A stretch of 63,815 nt of DNA, counting the filler, from Choristocarpus tenellus KU-1152 (taxonomy: Eukaryota > Protista > Phaeophyceae), in NCBI GenBank assembly GCA_964200185.2. It is 10 parts of 10 records of this genome, joined end to end, with 100 filler letters (N's around TTAATTAATTAA, not from the genome) between each part and the next. Parts side by side here need not be neighbours in the genome. Positions count along the whole stretch, not along the records: positions 6,163 to 17,105 come from CAXNAD020002614.1; positions 17,206 to 21,193 come from CAXNAD020016784.1; positions 21,294 to 29,107 come from CAXNAD020005548.1; 7 more parts are not named here. One strand, written 5' to 3'. The translations under genes were made by a program, and so were the position numbers. Position 1 is the first letter of the stretch; each line of letters opens with the position of its first letter. Below are positions 13,990 to 27,100 of this stretch, one piece after another. Under the pieces are notes generated by a model. It had not been told where the DNA came from. It worked only from the letters and a program-made list of their open reading frames with translations, and searched no databases.

Positions 13990-14900
13990 CATAGTTTCTG
14001 CGACAATTGAGGAGGCGCTCAACTCAAAGGATTCTAAGGAATAACAGAAGTCCATTTATGTGGAGACTGCTGGACTCATCCATAACGCTCAAGATGAGAT
14101 TCTCTTCTTGAGGAAAGTCAACATAACAGGTATGGTAGGGCGATGACTAACGAGTTTGGTGGGGTAAAAGGGATTTTTCGCTTGGAGCAAGTGATCGACT
14201 GTCGTGAGAAGCTAATGCTAAACGTGCAGACTTTTAGAATGTATCTAATCCTCGCGCTGGGCACACGACTGGGTTAGAAGATAAGCGTGGCAATTGCCAT
14301 AGGGTCATTCGCCAACGCTGGCCTTGAGGATATTTTTTTCGTGCAAGTGGTGGAGATTGCACAACTCACCGTATGATGTCCTCCTGGTGTCACAAAACTG
14401 GAATTTCCTACTGATGGACACACCGCTAGAGCTGGGACAGGGGCAGTGTGGGGAAAGCGCATTTTTGTTTTCATCGATACAAAGGAGGCTTATTGGTACT
14501 TGCAATGTTGATTCATGTCCATGACATGGTGATGGTCAGCGAAGAGCTTAAGTATGGTACCTATCTTGTGACGGGACTAGACTAGGATTTTCCTGTGATG
14601 ACTTTGGGAAGAAAGAGGTATTCACGCGTTTCGAATCAACAGCGATCTTGAGCGTGGAACAGTATGTTTCGACCAGCAGGTGTACGTCAAAAAAATTGCG
14701 GAAGAGGATGGGGTCAGAAAATTTTTAGTTACTTGCGACTTCATCTTCAAAGGTAGTGTAGGACGGGCCAATTGGTATGGAGATTAGGGCAATGATTGGA
14801 GGACTAATGTAGACATCTACCACGACCTGCCCAGATGTTGCGTGAGCAGTGTATGCCCTAGCCTTCCCCATTTCCTCGTACGACCAGGCGATGTGTGACG
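13990..14900 (+). mobile_element. Highly degenerate Ty1/copia reverse-transcriptase remnant (element may extend upstream to about 13500)
   Basis: Broken motifs ATIEEALNSKDSKE*QKSI, DTKEAY, FDQQVYVKKI and RAMIGGLM*TSTTTCPDVA*AV resemble copia RT (RSLVGSLMYL..TRPDIAYAV). Many stops and frameshifts. Confidence 0.7.
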
Positions 14901-15320
14901 ACGCTAATAGCATCCTGCCTCAAGTGTTGATGCCGGTGTATTGTACCTGAGATTCTTTTTGGTTGGCCTTGATATGAACTTTTTTCTCTTTTTTCATCTC
15001 TTCATTTCTTCCACAACATCTTACATGTGTTACATATTATTATGTCCACTTATTGCATTTATTCCTCTTCCTCCAACTAAATGTCTTTCAACCATAATTT
15101 TGGGACCTTCAGACTAATGTTAGAAGAAATTATACAACCTACGTGCCATAAGTCTGTTCCGCGTTTTCCATAACTTTTGAAGATGTTGAGGAAATTCGTT
15201 TCTGAAAGCAAATTTGGAATCCTTGACGAATTTCTGGTAAAGGTCACCTCTTTTTACTATTATTACTTCCCGTCCATCACAATTTTATCAGCCACAGAAA
15301 AAGCCTCGATGTCTACCTTT

Positions 15321-15609
15321 TGTTACAGGCGATATGTCTTGATGGCGGTTTCATAAACATAATTATGACATTAAAGTTCTATATTTGATATATTTGTACT
15401 TTTTGACTATTTATTTATTATTTGGTCATTATGGTCCTCGATTGTGATAAGACATCACAGACCAGTTCCTTTTTATACGATGATATTGATGATAATCCAA
15501 GACGACTTGTGCATCAGGAGTCCTATACGTACATCAGTATCATCTATAGGCCCGTAGATTGGAGCTATACATCCTGTGGAGGTAAGCTTTCTGGAGCGTG
15601 CCTGTAACA
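15321..15609 (+). mobile_element. Solo-LTR-like or MITE-like repeat, about 290 bp, termini TGTTACAGGC...GCCTGTAACA
   Basis: Perfect 10-bp terminal inverted repeat with TG...CA ends. A diverged second copy lies in reverse orientation at 61788-62092. Confidence 0.75.
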
Positions 15610-15626
15610 CTTCAGCTTGTTTCAAG

Positions 15627-16860
15627 CTAACCAGACAACTGCCTCTTCCTTACCCCTGTGTGCTCCACACTGAAGTGATTCCCTCCTTTGTATCTAAGTA
15701 CTTGATTGTGCACAACGAAAAGGAGCTGCCAAGCCCTCTCAAGTGTGGTTTCATCATACTCCTCACACTGTTTCTTAATGACCTTCACCATCTCCTCGAC
15801 AGACCCAAACCCCTCCCCCATCACCCGGCACTTCAAAGACCTGAAGAAGCACAGGTCCATGATATTTAGGTTGAGAGAGTTAGATGGCTGCGTCACAAAA
15901 GCCTAATCGACTACCCCTCAGTCTTCCCTGCCCCTGACAAGATTTCTGAGTTGCCCTTGCCCATGTGGGGGGTGGCACTATCTTGCTGAATGACAATGTA
16001 CTTCCCCTGCAACCAAGGCATCTTGGTCTTGATTGCAGGCAGTATCTCCTCCATGTACCGCTTCCTGTACCACAAATGGTCTAAAGTACAGTCCCGCTCA
16101 TACATATCCCCCTTTATATGGTTCTTGCTTGTCCTGTCTGCCGTTCTTGGCACACACGCCAAACACCAAACTCTCCATCAAAGTTGTGAGCCAAATATGT
16201 GCGGGCGTTGGCTGCAATGATCATGGTTTTGGGGATATGACTCTTGTGCTGCACAGTAGGGGACCCTGGAAGGTTGCTATCATCCTCATGTGGAAATACC
16301 CTAACCCTTTTCCCATCAGCCATCATGAAAACCAGGTTTCACTCACATGTATCCTATTTGCCATGGAGGGATACACGCCATGTTTCTGGTCCACTTGATT
16401 GCAAACAACTCCATTCTCCATACCTTTTGCCACAATTTAAGCTTTGGTTTGATCCAGTGGCAATTCGGCATGGCCCCCATATCGTCCAACCACCTCTTTA
16501 TGTTGCCCATGCAATAATTCAGTCCCTTGGCGACCATCTTCATTGTTACCTGACGCACTGCGGATGACGGATTATTGGAGTTGATACTATGTATTGCATC
16601 CATTTTGGTCAGTTTGAGCTCTGAAGGCCGCCCACTAGGTGCCTCCACCCCTAGGTCAAGTGTGTGGCCATGGGTGAGATGTTTGGCAACGTCCTCCCAG
16701 AGCCCTCATATGTAACGCTCGGACACTCCAAACTCCACTGGGAGGGCCGGCCTAATGTGTCACAGCAGTTTATGCTCACCAGAGACCATCACGAGGGCGT
16801 ACTGCGCTGCAAGCGCAATCCTGGTATCCGGCAACACTTGGGCACCCTTCCTACCCGGGG
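15627..16860 (-). mobile_element. Tc1/mariner (plant-type DD39D-like) transposase pseudogene
   Basis: Fragments SGRPS, IKPKL, HVSETWF (cf. HVDEKWF), VQHKSHIPKTMII..ARTY..FDGEFGVW, IVIQQDSATPH, QPSNSLNLNIMDLCFF and KGGNHFSVEH. About 39-40 residues lie between the second and third catalytic Asp. Frameshifts and stops are present. Confidence 0.85.
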
Positions 16861-17208
16861 GGGGTTGCCATGCCTACATTCTGACCCTCAACGTGCACAG
16901 TTCTGACCTTAAAATCACCCTAAAAGACCCCTACTTTGACGGCTTGAAGCACCTCGAGTTTGTAGTTGATAATCCCTGACCCTCACCTTTTCTGAAAGCT
17001 GAGATTGTCAACCTGATTTCATTCTGTGGAGTTACTGTCCAATTCTGTTACAGGCGAATAGAGCGAGTATTTCTTCTTATATTTCAACGAAGTGCAAACG
17101 TTTGTNNNNNNNNNNNNNNNNNNNNNNNNNNNNNNNNNNNNNNNNNNNNTTAATTAATTAANNNNNNNNNNNNNNNNNNNNNNNNNNNNNNNNNNNNNNN
17201 NNNNNCAG

Positions 17209-19955
17209 GGTCATGTGTCGTTTGTAAACACAGCAGTGTATATGCAGGATGGGGCCAAGATTGTGACCGGGTCTGCAGATGGAACTGTCAAGGTGAAAGA
17301 AGTTTATGGTGTACTACCCTGCCCTGGGGGATTGGCTGGGGTGTGTCTAACATGTTTTTCTTTTTTGGTTCGAGACATGCTTTGGTCGGGTATGGAGTAG
17401 CCTAGTTGAACTAAACTGAAGTTGGATTGGTTGAGCCGGGCATTACCTGACTGCATTTGGCAGGGCAGAGCGAAGCCATTTTACTAGGGAGATGAACTTG
17501 GTTGTGTCATGGGGTGTGTTTCTATTTCATGAAGTGTTTTGTGTGTCTTGTATCATGGATGTGCAGTCCCTTGCAACCCATGCTCCAGCCCAACACGAGC
17601 AACATGCGTACACTGCTGGTGAGCTTGTTGAAGTCATGGTTTGTAATTGGCGAATCTAAACCTGTTGCCCATACCCACGCAACATTCTTTTGATACCTAC
17701 TCCCAAACCTCACCCCACCTCTTCACCTTGTCCATCATGGGTGTTGCATTATACGGACTCTTGTTTGCTTCCCTCTGTCTCTTTGAAGGTATGGGATGCA
17801 AAGACAACAGAGAACCTCCACTCTTTCTCCCCTGCCGTTTCCATTGGGTCTCATACAGAGGCAAGCGTTCATACAGTAGTGCCTCTTCCAGGATCGACGG
17901 ATCAGATATTGGTATCCAACAGGACTCCAACCGCATTTGTCTGTACATTGCAGGGACAGGTTGTTCGAAGCTTTACCAGTCCGAAGGTGTGAAGCTGATG
18001 TTGTTGTTGAGGGTGGGGGTGGGGGTGGGGGTTAACTGGCAGTATGACAAGGAACAGGGGTCTATGTGGTTTTGTGGATGAGTTATGGGGTGTGGATTAG
18101 GATTGGAAGGAATGATGTGGGGGGATGTTCGTGATGTTGTGTTGGAGCAATGGCTTTTGGAAAGTGCTTGATAGAGTTTGAGGGGGACGAGGGTGTGTGA
18201 AGGCACTACAGGACTGATGGAGGGGTAGATATCAAGGTCTAGAGTGTTTATGGTCTTGAGGGTGAGTTGGTGTAAGAATCATAGGACGAGGATAAATGGG
18301 GGGGGGGAATCTTGCACCAGGGTGTAAGAGATTAGCAGGGAATGGGGATGGAAACTTTGGTGGTTTTGTACACACATCTGGTGTATATCGATTGTATCGG
18401 TATAGGTAAGTTTACTGCTGTGTGGTCCACCCTAACTATGCCCAAGTCTGTAGTGTATTAGAGTCTGTAGACACTTCAAGGCAGGTTCAAGGGTGCTTCT
18501 TATTGGACAGTTTAGTGTACATGAACTCACCCCTACTGTATTTGTGTATTGTTTTGTGAGAGTAGCTAGCTTACTCACACCCTGTTGCTTTACCCTGTTA
18601 TCTTGTCTTTTCCACACCTTGATGTTATGCCTTTGTTTCATTATAGCTCAGGTGTAGTTGGGATCAAAGAGTTGTGTGAATATTGCTGTTTCTGAGGCAA
18701 TGCTGTGAAGCCGTTGCAATCACTAGTTCAGTTCTTGTTTACCTTCCCTGAGTATCGGCACAGATAGATTGGGAAAGTCACGCATGCCACATGCAATGTC
18801 ATATTCCCTTTTGCCAGTTGAAGACCACTGTTCCATGACTGTAGATCTCAATAGTGGGGGTATACAGGTGAATTCAGTCTCTGCAGGAACACCTTGCAAA
18901 CTCCATTCTTGCCCCCTGCTCCAAATATTGCCATGACTGCAACTATTTCCTAAGTACAACTTCAATTGATTGTTTGCTGCCCATAGACCAGCCGGGGGGA
19001 CTTCACTTGTGCATGCTTGTCCCCGAAGGGGAGCTGGGTATACTGTGTGGGGGAGGATGGGGATATGCTATGCTTTGACATGGTCAGTGGAACTATGGAG
19101 AAGACACTTAAGGTGTTTGATAAGGAGGTCATTGGGGTGGCACATCACCCTCACAGGTGTGCAGATGGTGGAAGAGGGGAGAGGTGCAGGGCCTTAAGGG
19201 GCGAGGACGAGGGGGAGGGGTGTTGGAGTTGGTGATGCTTGGTTGCTTGCTGCAGTTGGTGGCTATAGGCAGGGAAGTTTTGAGAGTAGAATGGACTACT
19301 TTGGAGGTAGAGGAGGGAGTGAAGTGTTGCCAAATTGCCATGGGGTTGATGGTTCGCAAAACTGGGTAGAAATCATGGGTGGAAGGTCGATATTGTGCAT
19401 TTACATACGTACTGGAGGGGCAGGGGTTGGGGAAGACCAATGCAATGTTAGTGGTGGCCACTATGAACACCACAGTAGTGACAATCAAGTTACTGGGGTT
19501 GGAGCATGTGTGTAGGCCATGCACCATCATTTTTTTCTTTCATTTTTGTTTGGTATGCAAGTACCCCCCTTTCATTGTCAACTTCTGATAGGTTGGTTCA
19601 GGTTTTGCAATCTCTTGCAACTGTGAGCACCCCGCTGGAAGTCAAATTCACTGTGTTCATCTCTGCGTGTACAGGAGGGGATCTGAATTGATCGTAGAGA
19701 GGTGCTTGCCCAGGTGTAGATATTATCTTTTCTATGGTTGTGGCACTGTCTTGCTAGAGGAGTGCTGTTTGGGCGTGCGCTGTTTCTCTTATCATCCTTC
19801 GTCCTCACCCCAATTCATCCAACCCCATCCCTACCCTAACCTCACCTCACCTCACCTCACCTCCTTTTTTACACCTTTTCCACTTCATTCTGTTTTTCAG
19901 GAATCTTGTAGCAACGTTCAATAACGAGGGCATGCTGAAGCTATGGAAATCTTGA
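17209..19955 (+). CDS. SMU1: WD40 repeat spliceosomal protein SMU1, 3' part (4 exons)
   Basis: Exons 17209-17292 (GHVSFVN...SADGTVK), 17789-17986 (VWDAKTTE...QGQVVRSFTS), 18987-19156 (GDFTCACLSPKGSWVYCVGED...IGVAHHPH), 19901-19955 (NLVATFNNEGMLKLWKS*). Collinear with the SMU1 C-terminus; phases consistent. Confidence 0.95.
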
Positions 19956-22900
19956 TGAAGGGCCTTGGAATAAGATACAAAAACACAGATGGCGATTGCA
20001 GCAAAGAGGCTTACGATCGTGCTCCTCTGAGGAGTATTCACCTAGTCTTTCGTATTCCCCTCCTTGCCAGCTCCTCCCTAGGACAGTGGCTTGATATTGG
20101 ACTCCGTCCTCGCCCTGCTGGGTGTGTAGTCGTACACTTTTTCAGTTGAATTCATTGTGTAATGAAGTAATACCTAATCTCACAGTGCCTGCAACAGCAG
20201 TTGACTGGCTGTACCTACCACTATGACCAGCACACGTCGTGCACGCGACTATGGGGGAGTAGTGATAATGCTGTGGTGACGTAGTGAAGGGAGTTGAAAC
20301 ATGATTCTTCTGGGCATTCTTCTCCTTGTGTGTTGATACCCACTGGCTCTACAAACTGAGGCGATTCAATCCTCCAGAGCGGATGAATACTGTTGTTGTA
20401 ATTGTCAATGTTGTTTTCACCTATCAAGGCCATTCTTAATGAGACTTGTTTTGGGAATGACTGACGACTATTCTTGTGATTCCAAATCTTCTGCCTCACC
20501 TTGTGTGGAGACTGTAGCTGTAACAACTACACCTATTTTGGAACACCATATGTGGCTTAAGAGCCCTATTCTTATCAGCAGACTTTCATATACGGGGAGT
20601 GCTTCTCTCCAAAGAACCTTTCTAGTTATAAATTATGGAGCCAAAGAGTATCTTTCGAGCTACTTCAACTAATCCATGGATGCAAATTAACATGTTGTGT
20701 CAGTCAGTTAGGCACTGGTGGATTGAAGTGAAAGCTCCCAGTAGGTAGTCTTGGTATGTTGTGTGGGGCAGCTGACTACTTGTTTGAATATATTGTATAC
20801 ACATCTATACTGTATTTCCTGTGGAATCTTCAATGAAAGAATGATCCTGTATGTGGAAAGCATGTTTGCCTGTTATTATACCGTTATTGCCGTATGCCAT
20901 ATACCGTTAATACCGTGGTATCGATTGAGGTTCTCAGTCAAGCGTCCATGATTTCACTGACAGATTTTCTGTCAGAATGAAACCATGGAAGTTCTTCATG
21001 TGACCAATCCCATAGACTTGGGACAGCTCGTCATTCGAGTTGTCACACATGGAAGATCCACTTTGTTCTCTCGTCTTACTGATGATGAATCCCCATCTCT
21101 GAAGGTGCTTATCACTTGTCAATTTGCACTTGGCCAACCTTAACCTCGTACCCTCGGTTACGGTTCGTCCTTGTTCGTGTGGTCCGTCTTGCCNNNNNNN
21201 NNNNNNNNNNNNNNNNNNNNNNNNNNNNNNNNNNNNNTTAATTAATTAANNNNNNNNNNNNNNNNNNNNNNNNNNNNNNNNNNNNNNNNNNNNTTATTGC
21301 GTTTTTTTTTGTGAGGGGCCGAGTGAACCCCCCGGGGGGGGCCCCCCCCCCCCCCCCCCCCCCATGGGTCTGGTGTGTGTTAAACACGAGTTGGTAGAGA
21401 GTCAAACAGCATGTTATGAGAGGGGGTTCCCAGGTTGAGTAGGAGGGTCACTTTTGGTAGAAACATGAACCACCTTGGAACCCCTGTACTGTCCGTACAA
21501 CTGTGCCGTCAAAACATTAAAATGCCGTGGGAAATCGTAGAACTATTGTATCAACCAGCATAAAATGCTGCCCTTGGCTCCACAATAATAATGCTTGTGA
21601 AACAGGTGGAAATCGGCAGACAGGTTATCTGAAGGGGAGTGGGAAGACCCACAGGAGGAATGGAACGGAGAGAGATAAGACAGGAGGGTAACAAGCGTAA
21701 GAAGGTCACTGAGGAAAGGAGGGACAAGGTAAGTGACTGAGTGGGGGTTGCAAGCTCTACTCACCATCCTGATATTCACGTCATTAGGAAGCAATGCTGA
21801 TACTGTATGAGGTAACATACCCTGAGGGCATACCTTGGCATGAAGTTGCCTTTCACATACTGTGTAAATAGAAAAATATCACATTATGCCTGATGACATT
21901 TTGGAGATGTGTCATGGGAGGGACTCAACAAATGATATGTGCAATAAATTCAATTGTCCAGAACTCTAATGTACGAACTACTTGCCCAAACGACCTCACT
22001 CTACGCCCCCCCAAAATTGATCTCCGATGCTACGGATGTTGGTTTTGTCCTCTATTGCTCTTATTCATATAAACATGCAACATGTGAACACCTAGGTCTC
22101 TTTAAAAACTCTAACCCTTATTTGTCGCTAGACGTCAGAAAATAACGTGGAAAAGAACGCACAAAACATTGTGAAATGATTGTGGTGATTGTAACGCTTC
22201 TCAGTAAGATTCGAGCGAGGTCGCGTGAAACGATGAGGGACGGGATGGCTGAGCCTACCGTGTGAGAAAAGATGGAAGGCAAGAATAGATCTCGTAGTAT
22301 AACAGAGAGTTCAGGTAGTAGTTTGACCATACATAGTGCATCCTGGTGTCCAGCAGTCCCTACGCTCACTACTAGTAGAACAATTATCCTGTCCAATTCT
22401 TGAATTGTGTCCATCAATATATTCCCTTACTGATCGTTAACGTTTGCATCAATTTTTGTTGTGGTTGGTAGAGATCTTTATACACCGATGGTCACCTTAC
22501 GCAGAAAATGTCAAATACAACAGACTATATAGTATTCTTATGTTTAGGACATTTTATATACACATATGTATATAGTTTTCATTGGTTTCCCTGACACATC
22601 TGCAAAATGTCAGAGGGGAAAATAATATAATAATAATAATAATAAATAATATATATAGTATATGTCCTCCCCCTGACACAATTGCAAAATGTCAGAGGGC
22701 ATAATAAAATATATAGTATATAATAATGGTAAGTAGTATTTAAATAGTAGTACAGATAAAAATGACAAGATCATGGATATATATATATTTATTATTGTGC
22801 CGAATGAGATGTTACATTGATTGTATGTAGGAAATACATTTCTACCAGAACTAGTGTTGTTATGTATCACAACTACTAAACAATCAAGAACCAAGGATAA

Positions 22901-24175
22901 AAACATACTAACCAAATTTCAGAAAAAAAATGACAAACTTGGTGAGAGTCAAGCGGGAAGAGTTGTGGAAGGGAAATGGGAGAGTGGGAATAGAGCAGTT
23001 CATCCCCTTAGCTTCTCGTAGAGGGAGGCAAGGGAAGCGGCGGTCTGCCGCTGACCTGCAGTTTGTGAAAGAAAAGTGAGTCAAGATTAGACGTTGGGAA
23101 CTAGTCGGTTGCCTCGCCTGAACCCAGTTAGGACACAATCAGGTGTTTAAAAACTTCATCAAGTAAATAGAGTGTTCAACTGTGTTGCACCTCCACACAG
23201 ATCGCGTTCCCAGCGCTCATTGGTGCTTGATATTAATAGCGCATGCAATTCGTAAACGAATGACAAGTTCTAGAGTTGATTGCACTGCTGTTGGTGCAGT
23301 TGTAGGCACAGAAATTGAAAATGGATGTATTGGAAATGCGGCGATAGTTACTTGTGAAGGATCTTGTGACTTGTGAAAGGTACCTTGTTTCAAATTTGAA
23401 AGGTGGGTTCCTCTTTTATGTAGTTCCTCTTCCCTGGGGCCACCCTCAGCTCTTGTGCGCCAGGGTGTGGCCATGTCACTTATTCATGACGAGGTTTGTT
23501 GGTATTCATGATTTGATGAAAGGAACCTGTAATCAATTGTCATTGGTGCAGTAGAAGATGAATAGGTGGCAATTTTTTTGTCCGTGGCATTTTTTTCGGG
23601 TGCTACAGTATGCTCGTTTAGCTTTCTTCTGTTGGTTTGCCAGAGTGCATCGAGTTCTCACCCCGATGCAGCTTGTGCCTTCGAGCTTCAATAACCCTCC
23701 AGAAGGTGGCGCCAATACAGACTAAGCACTCTTCTTACCCCTACACCCCTTGAAACACAGTGGGCTGCACGTGTTCAAACGCTGCAGCTAAACCCGAACC
23801 ACCAAAATCACCAGATGTCCCGGTGAGATCCTCAAGCTGGGTTGTTTTGCAGGCCAAGTTATTTGCTTGGCTTGTTGGTCATTTGTAAACTCTCGTTGCT
23901 GAATCGTCGTTGTTTCTTATGTTAACTCACATCTACGCATTTGAGCTTGCTTGCTTAAATTACACCCAGTGCCTTTATTACTATGGCAAAGTGATTCTGG
24001 GAGTGAGCTGGATCCGTCTCTAAGATGTGATCATTACTAAAATTTGGACAAAGATTGGCCTGGAGTGATGCGAGTTATTTTCATCAACTGTTGCAGGGTC
24101 CACCTCTCTCACTTTCATATATAATGAGTCGAAAATTGTATGTAAACAATCAAAGATGATTATTTCTCACCCTCC

Positions 24176-27100
24176 ATGGATGGGGTTGTGCGTCGTGGTG
24201 TCAAGCTGCAGCTCACCAAACCGGAGATTGAGGAACGCATTGATGCTCCGCCCAGAAGCGAGACCATTAACATCGGGGGTTACACATTGAGGTGCGGGAA
24301 AGCAGTTCAGGAAGAGCAGAGGTAGATCGTAGTGGGCTCCAGTGGAAAGGGTTTTCCCTTATTTGTCTCCTTTCGATTTGTAAATGTGAGCGTGTGCAAG
24401 CTATATTTATCTCAACATTATTCTTCCTCAGCAACTAAGTAACCTTTTCCATGTTTTGGAACCATGTTGCCCACTACCAACTAAGCCACAAACTTACTTA
24501 TCTACAGGTATGCATACATTTCACAGCGCGGATTCTACCCAGATGACAGGGACAAGGCAAATCAGGATGCCCATACCATCATCACATGTTTTGATGGGGA
24601 CAAGGACAAGGTAACGCCTGGTGCAGCTTATACCCCATGACTCATTTTGAACTGCATATAGTTGTCTTGGGTCAAGCCTGAGAGAGACGCAATGAGAAAG
24701 AAGGTTGTGTTGAGATTGTCTCAGGTCATGTTATTGCTGGTAATTTAATATATTGACAAAGTGTGAAATGTGGAAAAATCATAAGGGCGTTTTGAGCTTG
24801 CGATGAAGGTCCCTTGCTGCTCCCCCCTGGAATTGGTTGTGTCATTTTCTTCAAGTACAAGAGTTGTGCAGGGAGGTTTACTATCTCAACTCTGAATGTC
24901 ATACGATATTTCATTCCAAAGTGATGTGTTCTGTTGTAGGGGGTGTTTCCCTTGAAGAGCTGAATTGAATATGACCGGCAACATCAGTTGGTTGCGATGA
25001 GGGGTTGTAAAGCCGCACTGTGGGTAGGAAGAGATGCATGTGTGAGAAGCGGAGCATTCTTAGTGAGAAGGAAAAGATTGCATGCGCTTGGAGAATGTGG
25101 GCAAACCTGTGCACTGTAAATAGTGTAAATAGAGTATGCCCATGACTGACTTGTGGTCGTTGAATGTAATAGGGGTATGGTCAGAATGAACTGCTTGGAA
25201 GGTGGTGTGATGGATACATTGATCGACTCACCTCGTCTGTGTGTTCTCATTTGTTGTCTGTTCTCATTTGTTGTCTGTTCACATGTGCTGTTTGATCACA
25301 TGTGCTTAGGCTTTGTTCACAGTGTTTGATGGACATGGCAAGGAGGGAGATCTCTGCGCCATTTTTTGTCGTGAGCACCTACCTGGTGTGTTAGCAAGAG
25401 AGATGGCTGTGGTAAGAACAGAGGAGGAGGGACTGAGGAAGGCGTTTATCAACACCAACGAACAGGTACTACTTCGAACTATTAGTTGCTACTGTTGTGC
25501 ACCTTGTGTATTTTGTACTGGCAGGCATCGTGAGAAGTCTTTTTTAAAAAGTCAAACGTCTGTCTGATCATGCTGTCGAGGAAATAGGGGGGAAGGTGTT
25601 GTGAACGTGGTTGTTTTTGTGTTGCAAGTGGAGGTGCTTGCCTTCGCTGCTGATGACTATGTATATAAATATATATATAGACAGATAGATGTGTTGCAAG
25701 TAGGTAGAGACATGTACTCTGTTGTTCGCCTATGTGTAGGTGTTCACACAGCTCATTTATTAAAAAAAATATTTTTGGGAAGGAATTTTGATGTCTGGTG
25801 ACACCACGCGCATTTCAAATCATTCCATTTGTTCCATGTGGTAAGACCAATATGCTTACACGAGAAAGTTGATTAGCCGTTGTCCTTGGCCTCTCTTCTG
25901 GCAAGGACTTGTTTCTTCCACATGAGCAATGCCTTCCAAGTTTTACTTATCATGGCACTGTCAATCATGCATCATTCAATGCCCCTCCATCAATGATGAC
26001 CTCTTCTGATCTTAGTGAGGGCATGAGGCACGGTTATATCAGATGTGACCATTGTGATAACTGACTGTGGTTGAAGTCATGTCTGGTGTTGTTTGTTCAT
26101 TTCTTGTTCCTTTCGTATTTGTGTGGGATGGCTTACCAACAGTTACATGGGAATCACAGCGTGGATGACCAACTATCGGGCACTACTGCAGTGGCTGTGT
26201 TCATCTCTGGCCGGGACATGTGGGTTGCCAATGTTGGGGATAGCAGGGCAATTGTGGTGCAGGAGCATGAGGGGAGGCTTGTGGCGAAGCCGTTGTCAAG
26301 TGACCAGACACCTTACCGAAAGGTGACTGATACGTAGTATGTTCTCTAGTGATACATAGTGGGTTCTGTAATGATACATAGTGTACTCACTAATGACACA
26401 TAGTATATTCTTTTCTATAGTAAAGTTTTTTTGAGAGGAGGAATGTCTGAGGTGTAAGGGAAGGGAAATCTAATATTCTACTTGTGATAAGAGGTGGAGG
26501 GAAATGGATAAAAGCAATAAAATATCTATAGTGGACTTAAAAGAATCACAGCTTACTTGACCCTGGCACAAGTCCAGTGTTTCTTCAAAAACACTCGGTG
26601 TGTTTGTACCCTGACGCTGGGCTGGTGTGGTGTTTTAAGTTGTAAGGAAGGCGTGTTTGATGTGAATGTTGTGTATTGTTTGCTAGCTTTGCTTGATGAG
26701 ATGTTATTTGTTGATTTGATGAAAGGTAGTCCTGTTGGTGTACTATTACCTTTAGTAAATGTCCTATTTAGGGGTTACATTTGGTTGCATTTACTAAATA
26801 CAGCGAGAGTGAGAATGGTAACAACACTCCCGCTCTCTGAAGACATACTACATTACATACTACATTACATACTATATTACTACATTACATACTATATTAC
26901 TACATTACATACTATATTACATACTACATTACATACCGCATTACATACTACGTTACATACTACATTTCATACTACATTTCATACTATATTACATACTGCA
27001 TTACATACTACATATTACATACTACATTACATTCTATATTGCATACTGTATTACATACTACATTACAAACTACATTACAAACTACATTACATACTACATT

